This document shows positions 9,657-19,457 of a stretch of 64,000 nucleotides of DNA, one piece after another. This DNA comes from a virus (Duplodnaviria > Caudoviricetes), in the IMG/VR virus record IMGVR_UViG_3300042305_001561, positions 895-64,894 of that record. One strand, written 5' to 3'. The notes below the pieces were generated by a model. That model saw only the letters and a program-made list of their open reading frames with translations, made no database searches and was not told the DNA's origin. Made by a program: the position numbers and the translations under genes. Within the stretch, counting starts at the first letter, position 1. Each line of letters starts with the position of its first letter.

Positions 9657-10310
9657 TTATAGTTTTACAATTAGAGTTTTGGAATAAGGATGAACTGTAC
9701 CAGAATCATCCACAACACAAAGTCCTTTCATTCCACTTTCTTCATACTCATATATTTCACCATGAAAATTTCCCATATAAACTTCAACTTTTTCCATGTT
9801 GAGTTCTCCGGTTTTATTTTCCGCAAAAAATTTTTTAACGGTTGTTGCTTTTTTTAGAGTGAATTTTTTAAATGCCGGTTTGGATAGTATATCTGTTGAC
9901 CCAAACCCACCTTCGCCTCTTTGAGTATTATCCAATCCAGTCGTCTCGACAAAATCAACGGGATTATAAAATTCAAATATGATTTGAGCAATCTTGTCTC
10001 CAATAACGACGTTGACATCTTCTTGGCCAAGATTGATAAGAATGACTCCAATTTCTCCGCGATAATCTTCGTCAATGACACCTGCCATAACATCTATGCC
10101 TTTTTTGTATGCGAGACCGCTTCTTGGCGCAATTCTACCATACATCCCAGACGGAATAGACATAGACAACCCAGTCTTGAATAGTTTTCTTTCACCGGGC
10201 TTCAAAATATGAAACTCTGTGGTATACAGGTCATATCCTGCTGCTCCAGCGCTTCCCCGAGTAGGAATGATTGCTTTGCTTTCTAGTTTTGTAATAGATA
10301 CTTTTTTCAT
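9657..10310 (-). CDS. dut: dUTPase with C-terminal extension
   Basis: AGYDL, APRSG, GVIDEDYRGE, AQ, RGEGGFGST. Confidence 0.95.
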   Translation of the reverse strand: MKKVSITKLESKAIIPTRGSAGAAGYDLYTTEFHILKPGERKLFKTGLSMSIPSGMYGRIAPRSGLAYKKGIDVMAGVIDEDYRGEIGVILINLGQEDVNVVIGDKIAQIIFEFYNPVDFVETTGLDNTQRGEGGFGSTDILSKPAFKKFTLKKATTVKKFFAENKTGELNMEKVEVYMGNFHGEIYEYEESGMKGLCVVDDSGTVHPYSKTLIVKL

Positions 10311-10352
10311 AAAATTTTAATATACACTAACTATCAAGTCTGTGTGTGTCAA
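10303..10352. repeat. 50-bp direct repeat, copy 1 (copy 2 at 11037-11086)
   Basis: tttttcataaaattttaatatacactaactaYcaagtctgtgtgtgtcaa, one mismatch. Confidence 0.9.
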
Positions 10353-10354
10353 AC

Positions 10355-11044
10355 TCATAATAGATGGGCAATTTTTAAAGTATTTTCGGTGAATGGACCG
10401 TTATCGTGCACCATTATAGGATTTGACTCTATAATAAATTTTTCATTTCCTTGTTTAACAAGATTTTTGTTTTCTAACGTGCTAAAAAACAGTTTGTTTG
10501 ATTGATCTACTTTAATATCATTAGTATACAAATACTCCAATGTCCAATGCCCTTGGTCGTCACATGAAGTTCTGTTCAACTTTATTATTTCTTCCATATG
10601 ATTTATAATTTTATCCGTATATCCGAAATATATTCCCGAGTTTAAAAAGAAACTGTCAGAAAATTTTTCTTTAGTTTCATATAAATTTCTTTCCTGTATA
10701 GGTGGCCACATCCACTTTTCTGCACAAAAAACTATATTACAGTTGTACGATTTGAATATATCAACTATGTCATTCGGTTCTCTGTAAAAATTTGTATCCT
10801 TGGCGTCAGCAAATAATATGTACTCATATTTTCCCAAAAAATGTTCTTTGTAATATTCTATATTTTTTACTACTTTGTAATAATATAATTTTTCGGCCAA
10901 AGATAACTCTCTGCGTGACTCGTCAAAATATCTAATTATATGAATATCATTTTCATCAAAATACTTTCTAGCATTATTGTAAAAACAAGGAATATAACTG
11001 GCCAGATAGTCAAATAATGTTGTTACTAAAGCTATGTTTTTCAT
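10355..11044 (-). CDS. glycosyltransferase (PLOD/GT-A-like domain)
   Basis: ILFADAKD, VFCAEKWMWP, FLNSGIYFG, DDQ. Confidence 0.7.
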   Translation of the reverse strand: MKNIALVTTLFDYLASYIPCFYNNARKYFDENDIHIIRYFDESRRELSLAEKLYYYKVVKNIEYYKEHFLGKYEYILFADAKDTNFYREPNDIVDIFKSYNCNIVFCAEKWMWPPIQERNLYETKEKFSDSFFLNSGIYFGYTDKIINHMEEIIKLNRTSCDDQGHWTLEYLYTNDIKVDQSNKLFFSTLENKNLVKQGNEKFIIESNPIMVHDNGPFTENTLKIAHLL

Positions 11045-11086
11045 AAAATTTTAATATACACTAACTACCAAGTCTGTGTGTGTCAA
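11037..11086. repeat. 50-bp direct repeat, copy 2
   Basis: Matches 10303-10352. Confidence 0.9.
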
Positions 11087-11359
11087 TCCGTAATCGCCTT
11101 TCCAGCCTTCTTCACTCAACCCAAATATTATATGCTCTTCAGTTCCTTCCACTCTATATATCACCATATTTGGATGTTCTTCCGATGTTACTTTCTTGTA
11201 TTTTACAAACTTGGCTATTTCTGGTTCTAGTAGGAACTCATCAAACAACTTAGTGATCTGCTCCAACGGAGTTTTTCTTACAATAACAACTCCACGACCA
11301 TTTCCGCCAAGGCCACGAACATAATCGACTACAAATATAAAAAGATTTCTAGGGTTCAT
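11051..11359 (-). CDS. hypothetical protein
   Basis: ORF in operon. Confidence 0.55.
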   Translation of the reverse strand: MNPRNLFIFVVDYVRGLGGNGRGVVIVRKTPLEQITKLFDEFLLEPEIAKFVKYKKVTSEEHPNMVIYRVEGTEEHIIFGLSEEGWKGDYGLTHTDLVVSVY

Positions 11360-11360
11360 A

Positions 11361-12572
11361 TTATACCTTTATAAGTGTTTTGCTTAAATCTTTTACAACC
11401 TTTGTTTTAAGCTTAAATATTCCAAGTTCAAAGTCCGAGTTATTTTCTACACCATCTTCCGAAAGAATGTCTGTTATTTTCATGAGTATACCCGCATTAC
11501 TATTACCGTCTTTCATAAACTCATCTTGGCTGAAATAAAGTAATATGTCGTTATTTACTTCTTTAATATAACCGTGATTGAGTATACGCTTCCGGAGATC
11601 AATCTTTGTGGTTTGCTGTTCTTTTTCTATATATCTTTCAGCACAACCCATATTGTCTACAAAGATATTCGTGGCCCAAGGTTCAACAAAGTGTAGAAAA
11701 TCTTCTGTTATAACATTTGTTAGTACAAATCCAATATTATACACAGGATGCTTTATTGGATGATGGTTTTCATCAAATGCCATCCAATGATGCCATTTTC
11801 TAATATAGTTTCTACGTGCTCTGTTCTGATAGAACTTGAACATATCATCATCTTTACCTACTCCATTCTTGGCCCAACTTCTGTGTCCTCTGCTGATCCA
11901 ATGCCAGCACAAGCTATCTCTGCTTTGTATAAGCTTATATCCAGCAAGATGAAAACGTAGAAACAAGTCCGCATCTTCTTCCGGGTATGGAGCAAAACTT
12001 TTAGCATCGTGACCGCCAATAGCCAAGAAATCATCTTTGCCTATCATCCAAGGAGCAAATATCCCGTTTGTTGTGACATCTTTTCTATCTTTTTGTTCTT
12101 GTTCAACAAATGCATCAAATTCGTTTTTCTTGAATTCGTGAAACTCTATACCAAAAGGTTTTAGTATCTTCTCTTTTCCCGGTGGATATATCCCTTCCGG
12201 TTCAATTCGTGTAGCACACACCACCGTTTTTTCTTTATAATGCTTGAGCATATTCTCAAGATAGTTTTTTCCACAAATCATGTCGCTATGGAAAATAGTA
12301 ACAAGTGGGGTTTTTGCCATCTTTATTCCTAGATCATATGTTATTGTATGTCCGAGAATATTTCCCGTGGTGTTCTTCCAACCGCGAAGATTGTTATCTA
12401 AATTTATTTGAGCGTCCAGATAATCAGCACTCCCGTCTGTACTACCATCATCCAATATAATAATTTCGTTGTTCGGATAATATTCCCGAATACTTCGGTA
12501 TGCCATCAATGTATAATTTAATGTATTATACGATGGTATTATGATTGAAATGTCTTTTGTAGTATATTTCAT
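11361..12572 (-). CDS. GT2 glycosyltransferase
   Basis: SIIIPSYN, DDGSTDGS, HSDM, EDADL. Confidence 0.9.
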   Translation of the reverse strand: MKYTTKDISIIIPSYNTLNYTLMAYRSIREYYPNNEIIILDDGSTDGSADYLDAQINLDNNLRGWKNTTGNILGHTITYDLGIKMAKTPLVTIFHSDMICGKNYLENMLKHYKEKTVVCATRIEPEGIYPPGKEKILKPFGIEFHEFKKNEFDAFVEQEQKDRKDVTTNGIFAPWMIGKDDFLAIGGHDAKSFAPYPEEDADLFLRFHLAGYKLIQSRDSLCWHWISRGHRSWAKNGVGKDDDMFKFYQNRARRNYIRKWHHWMAFDENHHPIKHPVYNIGFVLTNVITEDFLHFVEPWATNIFVDNMGCAERYIEKEQQTTKIDLRKRILNHGYIKEVNNDILLYFSQDEFMKDGNSNAGILMKITDILSEDGVENNSDFELGIFKLKTKVVKDLSKTLIKV

Positions 12573-12754
12573 GTTTTTCCGTGTTCTATACCAACTACAT
12601 CAAGTAGTTGTTGTTCTTTTTCAGTCATTTCGTTGTATACTCTATACAACTCTTTTCGCGTCTTGTTAGCAAGCAATCCGTCCTTCTCGCCTTCATCAAT
12701 GCAGCGTTGCAGTTTATAATACAACTCAAAATATTTTTTAGCAGCTTCTGTCAT
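12569..12754 (-). CDS. hypothetical protein (MTEAAKKY start)
   Basis: ATGA-coupled ORF. Confidence 0.55.
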   Translation of the reverse strand: MTEAAKKYFELYYKLQRCIDEGEKDGLLANKTRKELYRVYNEMTEKEQQLLDVVGIEHGKT

Positions 12755-13049
12755 ATTTTTTCATTTACTATAGTTGCGTCAAATTCTTCAATATAGCACC
12801 ATTCACCATCCCACCGTTCTTCTCCAACCGCATAACCAATGTTCTGTTCGCCAACATTATCTCCACACACCCGAACTCCTCTAACAAATAGACCTGCCTC
12901 CTTTATTGCCGTTTGCCATTGCTCCAATGTAATGCGATACAAATTATTCGGCGGATTAGAATAATAATCATATACCTCAGTTCCTTCTTTGAACCAAGTA
13001 TCATGTTTGGCAATCAATTTTACATATTTTTTAGCAGCCTCTGTCATAT
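12731..13049. repeat. 26-bp direct repeats (12731-12756 and 13024-13049) flanking ORF 12751-13047
   Basis: atattttttagcagcYtctgtcatat. Confidence 0.85.
12751..13047 (-). CDS. hypothetical protein (MTEAAKKY start)
   Basis: ORF bounded by direct repeats. Confidence 0.55.
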   Translation of the reverse strand: MTEAAKKYVKLIAKHDTWFKEGTEVYDYYSNPPNNLYRITLEQWQTAIKEAGLFVRGVRVCGDNVGEQNIGYAVGEERWDGEWCYIEEFDATIVNEKI

Positions 13050-13933
13050 AATTCCGGATTGTTATTATAACGGGTTCGCATTTGTTCTGAAACTTTTATA
13101 AAACCAACTTCATCATATGATGGCGGTTCTCCCCATAATGTCAACCAAGTTTTAAAGTTTTTCTGTTCGCTCAACTTTTGTCTATCGGATGTACCAACCA
13201 GTTTGTCGTGTTGTCCAAGGAAATGACTGCTACGTGCACCAAAGTGCCATACAAGTGCTTTACCAGATACAACAAAATCGTATCCTTTTAGTTGCATAAG
13301 CACACTTTGCATATGATCCTCAAAACTTGACGGGGCGAATCTTTCGTCGTTGGGTATAAAATGCTTTGTTCGCATCATATATGATACGCCTTCAACTTTT
13401 CTAAAGTCGGGAGCGTTGGACGATTTTACAAACTCATCGGCCCAATATAAAAATTCTTCTTTTAAGAAATCGTGATGATATACACCAAATCCGCCATTTA
13501 CTGGAGCAAATGCTGTTCCTAGCCTATCTTGATTGTTAAATATGTTGGGCTCAAGACGCCAAGCACAACCGACTATTTTCCTGTCAGTAGATGATACAAT
13601 GCCATACAAAGGTTTGTCGTAATGGCGACTGATGTACATATCACTATGTATAAGACTAAAGAATTCAGTCTGCACTCGTTTGATTGCTTCATTGACTCCG
13701 CCGCCGATTCCTTTTGGGTTTTCATTTTGTTCGTAAATAGTTTCTATATCTTTTTGTTCTAATAACCAATCTCGTGTTTCAGTATCATTTTCTGTATAAA
13801 CAATGATTGGTTGGTTCTTGTAATAAGCATTTTCTCTTATAGATTCAACCGCCAACTTCAAATATGGAAGCGATTTATAGCTATTGATTATCCAAGTATA
13901 CTTGGCATCGGCTTGATTTTCATTCATATTCAT
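13031..13933 (-). CDS. GT2 glycosyltransferase
   Basis: IINSYK, HSDM, FEDH, WHFG. Confidence 0.8.
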   Translation of the reverse strand: MNMNENQADAKYTWIINSYKSLPYLKLAVESIRENAYYKNQPIIVYTENDTETRDWLLEQKDIETIYEQNENPKGIGGGVNEAIKRVQTEFFSLIHSDMYISRHYDKPLYGIVSSTDRKIVGCAWRLEPNIFNNQDRLGTAFAPVNGGFGVYHHDFLKEEFLYWADEFVKSSNAPDFRKVEGVSYMMRTKHFIPNDERFAPSSFEDHMQSVLMQLKGYDFVVSGKALVWHFGARSSHFLGQHDKLVGTSDRQKLSEQKNFKTWLTLWGEPPSYDEVGFIKVSEQMRTRYNNNPELYDRGC

Positions 13934-14696
13934 ACGTTTCCGCTTTTTTTCTCAAGTCTAGATAATCTTGCATCAAATTATTCTTTTTGAAAAACTTATA
14001 CTGTCCCTCTTCCGCTCTACGACAATATGTTGGAATATCAAGACCAGCAACTCCTTTTTTTATAGTAACTGAGTTATGATGTAAGATACAGCATCTATCA
14101 ACAATACCAAGCTTGTATCCTTTTTTCTTGGCTACCAACGCAAAATAAAAACAAACTCCCCAACCATACATCAGATCAGAATCTATCTCTTTTACTTCTT
14201 CCAACATTCTGCGTGAAATCAACGGAGTTTGAAAGTCGATATAATCGACCTGCCTGATGCCATTTGCATTCCAATTGTGCATGCTTTTCCAATGGCACTG
14301 TTGATTCGGTTCTATGTTGTAAATGGAGGGAGATACAATGTCATACTTTATTTCTAGACTTCCCCACTTTCCGGCGAATATCTCCCCGAACATTTCCTCT
14401 CTTAGTGTTCTTACGTGATTGTATGGATGAATCGTAAGATCGTTATTGGAAAATATCATACTGTCATATTGCGGATTTTCCAACACATACTGCATTCCTG
14501 CATTGAATCCTCCTCCCATATATACATTATTTTCTAGTTCAAAACTGCTGTATTTGCTTTTTCCTTCGAGAGAAGACCCATTATCTAACACAAACAAGTC
14601 ATAATCATTTCTTTCATATGGCTTGAGAGATTCATACAGCATATCTGTATAATCTGGTAAGTTATGATTTAATATAAAAAATGCAGTTTTACCCAT
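13920..14696 (-). CDS. GT2 glycosyltransferase
   Basis: ILNHN, VLDNGS, NNDL, YGWG. Confidence 0.8.
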   Translation of the reverse strand: MGKTAFFILNHNLPDYTDMLYESLKPYERNDYDLFVLDNGSSLEGKSKYSSFELENNVYMGGGFNAGMQYVLENPQYDSMIFSNNDLTIHPYNHVRTLREEMFGEIFAGKWGSLEIKYDIVSPSIYNIEPNQQCHWKSMHNWNANGIRQVDYIDFQTPLISRRMLEEVKEIDSDLMYGWGVCFYFALVAKKKGYKLGIVDRCCILHHNSVTIKKGVAGLDIPTYCRRAEEGQYKFFKKNNLMQDYLDLRKKAETYEYE

Positions 14697-15114
14697 AACT
14701 GGTTCCTCCATTGAATATTTTCATTTTGATACTTTTACCAGACATCTCGGCGGGTTCTATAAAAAACTTCTTGTCTGGTTGCGTGATGCTAAAAAATAGT
14801 TCAAGTTCTTCTTCATCGTCCGCAAACATCATAAATGATTCATCTGTGCCACTTTCTCTGCACTTGAACAGGTTGTACTTCGTAGTAGCCACCGTAGTAT
14901 ATCCTTCTCTGTGTTTCATTGCTTCGGATATAATCATAAATTCGGCTGCGATGATTGCCGCGACTTGTATGGTTGTTACAATATTAGTACGCCAAGTATC
15001 AGCCAATATGGCGTCTTTTATATAGAATAAAGACATAACCATTAGTGGCAGACCAATGATGGAAAATAAAACCATCAAATAAAAATACAAACTTTTCTTT
15101 GGTTTAGAAGTCAT
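14689..15114 (-). CDS. membrane protein
   Basis: Two N-terminal hydrophobic segments; TTGACA promoter upstream. Confidence 0.55.
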   Translation of the reverse strand: MTSKPKKSLYFYLMVLFSIIGLPLMVMSLFYIKDAILADTWRTNIVTTIQVAAIIAAEFMIISEAMKHREGYTTVATTKYNLFKCRESGTDESFMMFADDEEELELFFSITQPDKKFFIEPAEMSGKSIKMKIFNGGTSYG

Positions 15115-15162
15115 ATAATCTTGCAATCATAGCTAATTATGTCATATTGTCAATCTATAGTA

Positions 15163-16041
15163 TCATACAGATTTTATTATATCTATGATTTGTTGAGCAC
15201 GAGTTTCTGCACGATGATGTACATTTACTTTACTGTATATTCTTTCTGCCAAAGTTTCACGAACATATTCATTATTTAGCAAATACTCTATTTGCTCGAC
15301 TGCTTCCGTTGGATTGGAATAATACATTATGTCTTTTCCATCTACAAACAGGTCATATATACCTGTAGCGGCTGATATGCGATTTGTAACTACAGCAAGC
15401 TTACATCCGCCAGCTTCAAACAACCGTCGAGTGATTTCGTCATATCTGGCATACTGAAACGCAACTGTGCCAGAATTATAAAATGATGTATTTTCCTGCG
15501 GTGGTATTTTTTTATTGACGAATTTATCTCCAAGTGAAGATTGAATATAATTTATTCCCGGCCTATCTCCGCAAGTTGTGACACAGACATTTTTTCTTGG
15601 TATTTCTTCTTTATATTTGAATAAAAATTCATCTCCCCAATGATTCAACCAACTCACATGGTTAAGACCCATCTCCTTATATTTTTGAAAACATCTAAAA
15701 TCTGGAGTAAATGCCGCATCAACATATTTAATTCTCTCAAAAGCTTGACCAAAAGTCTGTGGTTCGTCTCCAAGCTCTATTATTATTTTTCCATTATAAC
15801 ACGTTCTTATTTTTTTTATCTGATTATCCAGTGAATTGGAAGTCCAAGGCCAAAAAACACTTATGAATTCATATTTTGCTATGTTTGAATACAATCTATC
15901 CAAATTGCAATTCGCCGCATCAAACTTATATATATCTATGCTGTGTCCCAATCGCTTGAAGGCAAATGAAAGTCCGAGAGGACAATTCCAGTAATCTTCC
16001 GGCCCACTGTCATCTCCGTGCCATAACATTGCTATGTTCAT
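15163..16041 (-). CDS. GT-B glycosyltransferase (CgeB/GT4-like)
   Basis: RRLFEAGGC, LFVDGKDI, C-terminal GT-B domain. Confidence 0.75.
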   Translation of the reverse strand: MNIAMLWHGDDSGPEDYWNCPLGLSFAFKRLGHSIDIYKFDAANCNLDRLYSNIAKYEFISVFWPWTSNSLDNQIKKIRTCYNGKIIIELGDEPQTFGQAFERIKYVDAAFTPDFRCFQKYKEMGLNHVSWLNHWGDEFLFKYKEEIPRKNVCVTTCGDRPGINYIQSSLGDKFVNKKIPPQENTSFYNSGTVAFQYARYDEITRRLFEAGGCKLAVVTNRISAATGIYDLFVDGKDIMYYSNPTEAVEQIEYLLNNEYVRETLAERIYSKVNVHHRAETRAQQIIDIIKSV

Positions 16042-16862
16042 AGTTTTTCAAGTATTTTATCTACCGCTTGAAATATAGTGTATTTTTGACGAAAGCCAAG
16101 ATTTCTTATCTTTTCACAATCCATGAAGAAGTTCGGTGCTTGAACTATTTGATGAAACTCTGGCACATCTACGTATGTTATTTTACTCGTTGATCCGGTT
16201 TTTTTGATTACATAATCAATGATATCTATGAGTTTAATGCTTTCTTCTGCGCCAATGTTATATATTTCATTAAATTTTCCACTATGCGTTGCCAAGTTTA
16301 TAGCAGCACATACATCTTCAACGTGCATGAAATTTCTGTAATTGTCTCCTTTGTATATGCTTATTGGCTCGTTTCTAACAACGTTTCCAATGAGATATTC
16401 AAGTGCATTCTTTTTCTTTCCTGCACCAACATCGCCACCAATTACATTGCACAAACGTAATATTCTATAATTTCTATGGAATGTACGGCAAAATGACTCT
16501 GTAAGATCCTCTGCGGTTTTTTTTGTGATTGAATAAAACCCCTTTGGATTGCACGGGTCGCCTTCTTTGGCTGGACGATATTTGGTATATCCCTCGCCAT
16601 ATACAAACCAGCTACTTACGAAATTGAATGTACCTTGAACGTTTGGCAATACATCCATTAGCTTATTCAGATTGGTGTTGATGTCTTTATGAAGATCATC
16701 AAACACATGATAGTTGTGAGTTGTGCTGATAAGATATAGCACATCTTTCATATTCTCGGACCAATTTTCGTCGCGAGGCATTATTATGCTTTTTTGAGGA
16801 TATAGTTTGGCAAAATTACTGCCAACAAATCCAGATCCGCCAAATATTGTTAGTTCGTCCAT
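16038..16862 (-). CDS. NAD-dependent epimerase/dehydratase/reductase
   Basis: GGSGFVG, SSWFVYG, YSITK, RNFMHVED. Confidence 0.85.
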   Translation of the reverse strand: MDELTIFGGSGFVGSNFAKLYPQKSIIMPRDENWSENMKDVLYLISTTHNYHVFDDLHKDINTNLNKLMDVLPNVQGTFNFVSSWFVYGEGYTKYRPAKEGDPCNPKGFYSITKKTAEDLTESFCRTFHRNYRILRLCNVIGGDVGAGKKKNALEYLIGNVVRNEPISIYKGDNYRNFMHVEDVCAAINLATHSGKFNEIYNIGAEESIKLIDIIDYVIKKTGSTSKITYVDVPEFHQIVQAPNFFMDCEKIRNLGFRQKYTIFQAVDKILEKL

Positions 16863-18160
16863 GTTGATAATGCAGTTTCAATATGATTTAGATTGTCCGA
16901 AGATATTGTTGGAGCACAGCCGACGAAGAATACGAGATCAAGAACTTTATTTGATTCTGGATATTTCTTATAATCATCGAGATGCTTGTATCCATTATGT
17001 ACGAGCAAGTTTCCAGCAAAATAGTTTCTGGTCTGCACACCGTTCTTTTCCAAGAACGCAACAAGCGTTTCCTTTTGCTTTTTATCTCTACAAATAATAG
17101 GCACACCGAAAGGAACCCAATCTGTTTCAGCAAATGTGTTTGGAAAATTCAAACCATCAACATACTTCTTCAATGCGGATTGTATCGCGTCCTTGTTAGA
17201 TTGTCTTGTCTTACAGATATAATCAAGTTTCTTCAACTGCTCTAGACCTATGGCAGCTTGTAGGTCCAGTGGCTTCAAATTCCAGCCAATTCTATTGAAT
17301 ACATATTTGTGGTCGATAATAAGTTCTGGGAACTCTGGTAGCCAGTTTGAAAATCTCTTATTACACGAACCATTGCACAACAAGTTTGCTGCCCCCACGC
17401 AATAACAATCTCTGCCCCAAGTACCAAAGCTTCTGGCCAAATCAACAATTTCTTGTATGTCCGAAGACACCATTCCGCCTTCAAGAGTTGTTATTTCGTG
17501 TGCTGGATAAAAAGAACAACTGGATACTATAGCATATTCGTTTAGGTATTTTCCACGCCATTTTGACCCAAGAGAATCGCAATTGTCCAGCAAGAGTTTC
17601 AGGTTATGTTTTTTGGTAATAGCAAGCATTTCGTCCATATCTGGAGGATTACCCAACACTGGGCTAAGAAATACTGCCTTGGTTTTTTCAGTTATCTTTT
17701 CTTCAATCTTTACCAAATCAAAATTCAACGTTGACCATTCAATGTCTATAAACACTGGCTTTAGATTATTATGTACAATTGCAGACACGGTAGTTGGAAA
17801 TCCTACCGCAGAAACGATGATCTGATCACCATCTTTCCATCCAAAATATTCCTTGCACGCAGCAATCAAAAGCAAATTGGCACTCGATCCGCTATTGCAA
17901 AAGAACGAGAATTTATTATCAATGTGTCGTCCGAACTCTCGCTCAAATCTTGCACAAGTTTCTCCGGAAGAAGACCACTTTCCGAATAATAGTGCTTCTA
18001 TGGCAGCTACCAGTTCGTTATTATCAAAGTACGGACCTGAATAGTATACCTTCTTCTTATCTTTTGCCACAATATTGTGAGCAAACTTTGGCACAAATCC
18101 ATATTTGGATGTCATACTTTCTATGAATTTATAAATTTCTTCTCGTTGATTGTTTTCCAT
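16850..18160 (-). CDS. rfbH: CDP-4-keto-6-deoxyglucose 3-dehydratase (RfbH/DdhC-like)
   Basis: NSGSSANL, DNCDSLGS, SFYPAH (His in place of the aminotransferase Lys), RDCYC...C, DHKY. Confidence 0.8.
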   Translation of the reverse strand: MENNQREEIYKFIESMTSKYGFVPKFAHNIVAKDKKKVYYSGPYFDNNELVAAIEALLFGKWSSSGETCARFEREFGRHIDNKFSFFCNSGSSANLLLIAACKEYFGWKDGDQIIVSAVGFPTTVSAIVHNNLKPVFIDIEWSTLNFDLVKIEEKITEKTKAVFLSPVLGNPPDMDEMLAITKKHNLKLLLDNCDSLGSKWRGKYLNEYAIVSSCSFYPAHEITTLEGGMVSSDIQEIVDLARSFGTWGRDCYCVGAANLLCNGSCNKRFSNWLPEFPELIIDHKYVFNRIGWNLKPLDLQAAIGLEQLKKLDYICKTRQSNKDAIQSALKKYVDGLNFPNTFAETDWVPFGVPIICRDKKQKETLVAFLEKNGVQTRNYFAGNLLVHNGYKHLDDYKKYPESNKVLDLVFFVGCAPTISSDNLNHIETALSTWTN

Positions 18161-18165
18161 AAATT

Positions 18166-18744
18166 TTATTTTTTTATTGCCGTTGTGTTTAACCCTTGCG
18201 GATCTCCTACGTTATATCCCATACTTCCTAAAAACAGAATAAGGTCAGTATATCTTTGTTCTTTTCTGTGTACCCCGTCGATGTGCATAGATTCAAATTT
18301 AATACATTTAATATTACACTTTCCAAAGTCTATGCTTTTTATTATTTCATAATCATATCCTTCTGCGTCGATAACTAGAAAATCCAAGTTTCTAATATCA
18401 TATTTATCAACGATATTTGAAATTGTCAAACAATTAACGCTAATTGATCTTATCAATTTATCTTCAACGCCGTGATCGGTCAAGTGCTGTTTTTTCAAAG
18501 AACTTACTTGGTAATTGCTTTCGTTTATATAATAAAATGTCTGCTCTTTTATGTCGGGGTTATTGGTTATTGCTATATTTTCTATATATACGTTTTTTAT
18601 TTCGGCGTATCTATTTTGTAGTGCGGGAATACAATATGGTATTGGTTCTATCAACACTGCTTTACTTATTTTATCCCGATTTGAAGATATTAGTTCATAA
18701 ACCTCATCATCTCCATCATTCGCTCCTATTTGAATTATATTCAT
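18166..18744 (-). CDS. FkbM-family methyltransferase
   Basis: IQIGANDG, LIEP, IDAEGYD. Confidence 0.85.
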   Translation of the reverse strand: MNIIQIGANDGDDEVYELISSNRDKISKAVLIEPIPYCIPALQNRYAEIKNVYIENIAITNNPDIKEQTFYYINESNYQVSSLKKQHLTDHGVEDKLIRSISVNCLTISNIVDKYDIRNLDFLVIDAEGYDYEIIKSIDFGKCNIKCIKFESMHIDGVHRKEQRYTDLILFLGSMGYNVGDPQGLNTTAIKK

Positions 18745-19457
18745 ACTAATGATTTTTCTAAAATATGATTCCAATCTTTAAACGGACTTAGCCACGCAGT
18801 TTCTCCGTGTGTGGAATATCCTGGCATGCTGGATACTAGGAGCTTTCCATTAGCCTTGAGTTCCAAAAACATTCTATAATCGTCTGGATGTTTTCCGGAG
18901 ACCCATTTGTTTATAATAGAAAAATCTCGTTTTATGGTTTGCACTTTGGCCGCGTGAGTCATCGTGGTTGCTTCACAAGTCCTCCAATACGAATTAATAG
19001 ATCTAAAAACGTATTCGGGTATTATTCTGTCCGGCGTTGCTTCTTTGTCTGGATGAGCATACAACGTGACATAATCAACTTCTGCCCCCATCAAGTTGAA
19101 TCCTTCTTCTAGTATTTTTTTAGAGTCAATGTCGTGGATATAGTCTCCTTCAACAAAATAAACAATTTCGTCGTCAGAGAAATTTTCCATCGCATATTGC
19201 AACGCATACTTGTAAGAACCTGCGTTTCCATTGAGCGTGGTTATTATTTTTGGTGTACCTCCGCGACTCATTTTGTTGATGATTGTTTTAAACTTTTCAA
19301 CCGTATGTTCGTAACAATTGTCCATTATTATGGTTACTCCGTCAAAGTTTCCATTCAAAAAATTGTTACAGAAGTTAATAAAGCAGTTTTCATTATTTAC
19401 CAACGGTAATTTTTGCTTATCGTATCCAAGATCACTAAATCTATATATAATTTTCAT
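18741..19457 (-). CDS. GT-A glycosyltransferase-like protein
   Basis: GNAGSY, YFVEGDYIH, HPDD, STHGE. Confidence 0.65.
   Translation of the reverse strand: MKIIYRFSDLGYDKQKLPLVNNENCFINFCNNFLNGNFDGVTIIMDNCYEHTVEKFKTIINKMSRGGTPKIITTLNGNAGSYKYALQYAMENFSDDEIVYFVEGDYIHDIDSKKILEEGFNLMGAEVDYVTLYAHPDKEATPDRIIPEYVFRSINSYWRTCEATTMTHAAKVQTIKRDFSIINKWVSGKHPDDYRMFLELKANGKLLVSSMPGYSTHGETAWLSPFKDWNHILEKSLV

Noticed and set aside
10303-13049. Diversity-generating retroelement or IS-type target-site duplication
   Set aside because: No reverse transcriptase or transposase, no terminal inverted repeats, and one mismatch per repeat pair is too little to indicate mutagenic retrohoming.
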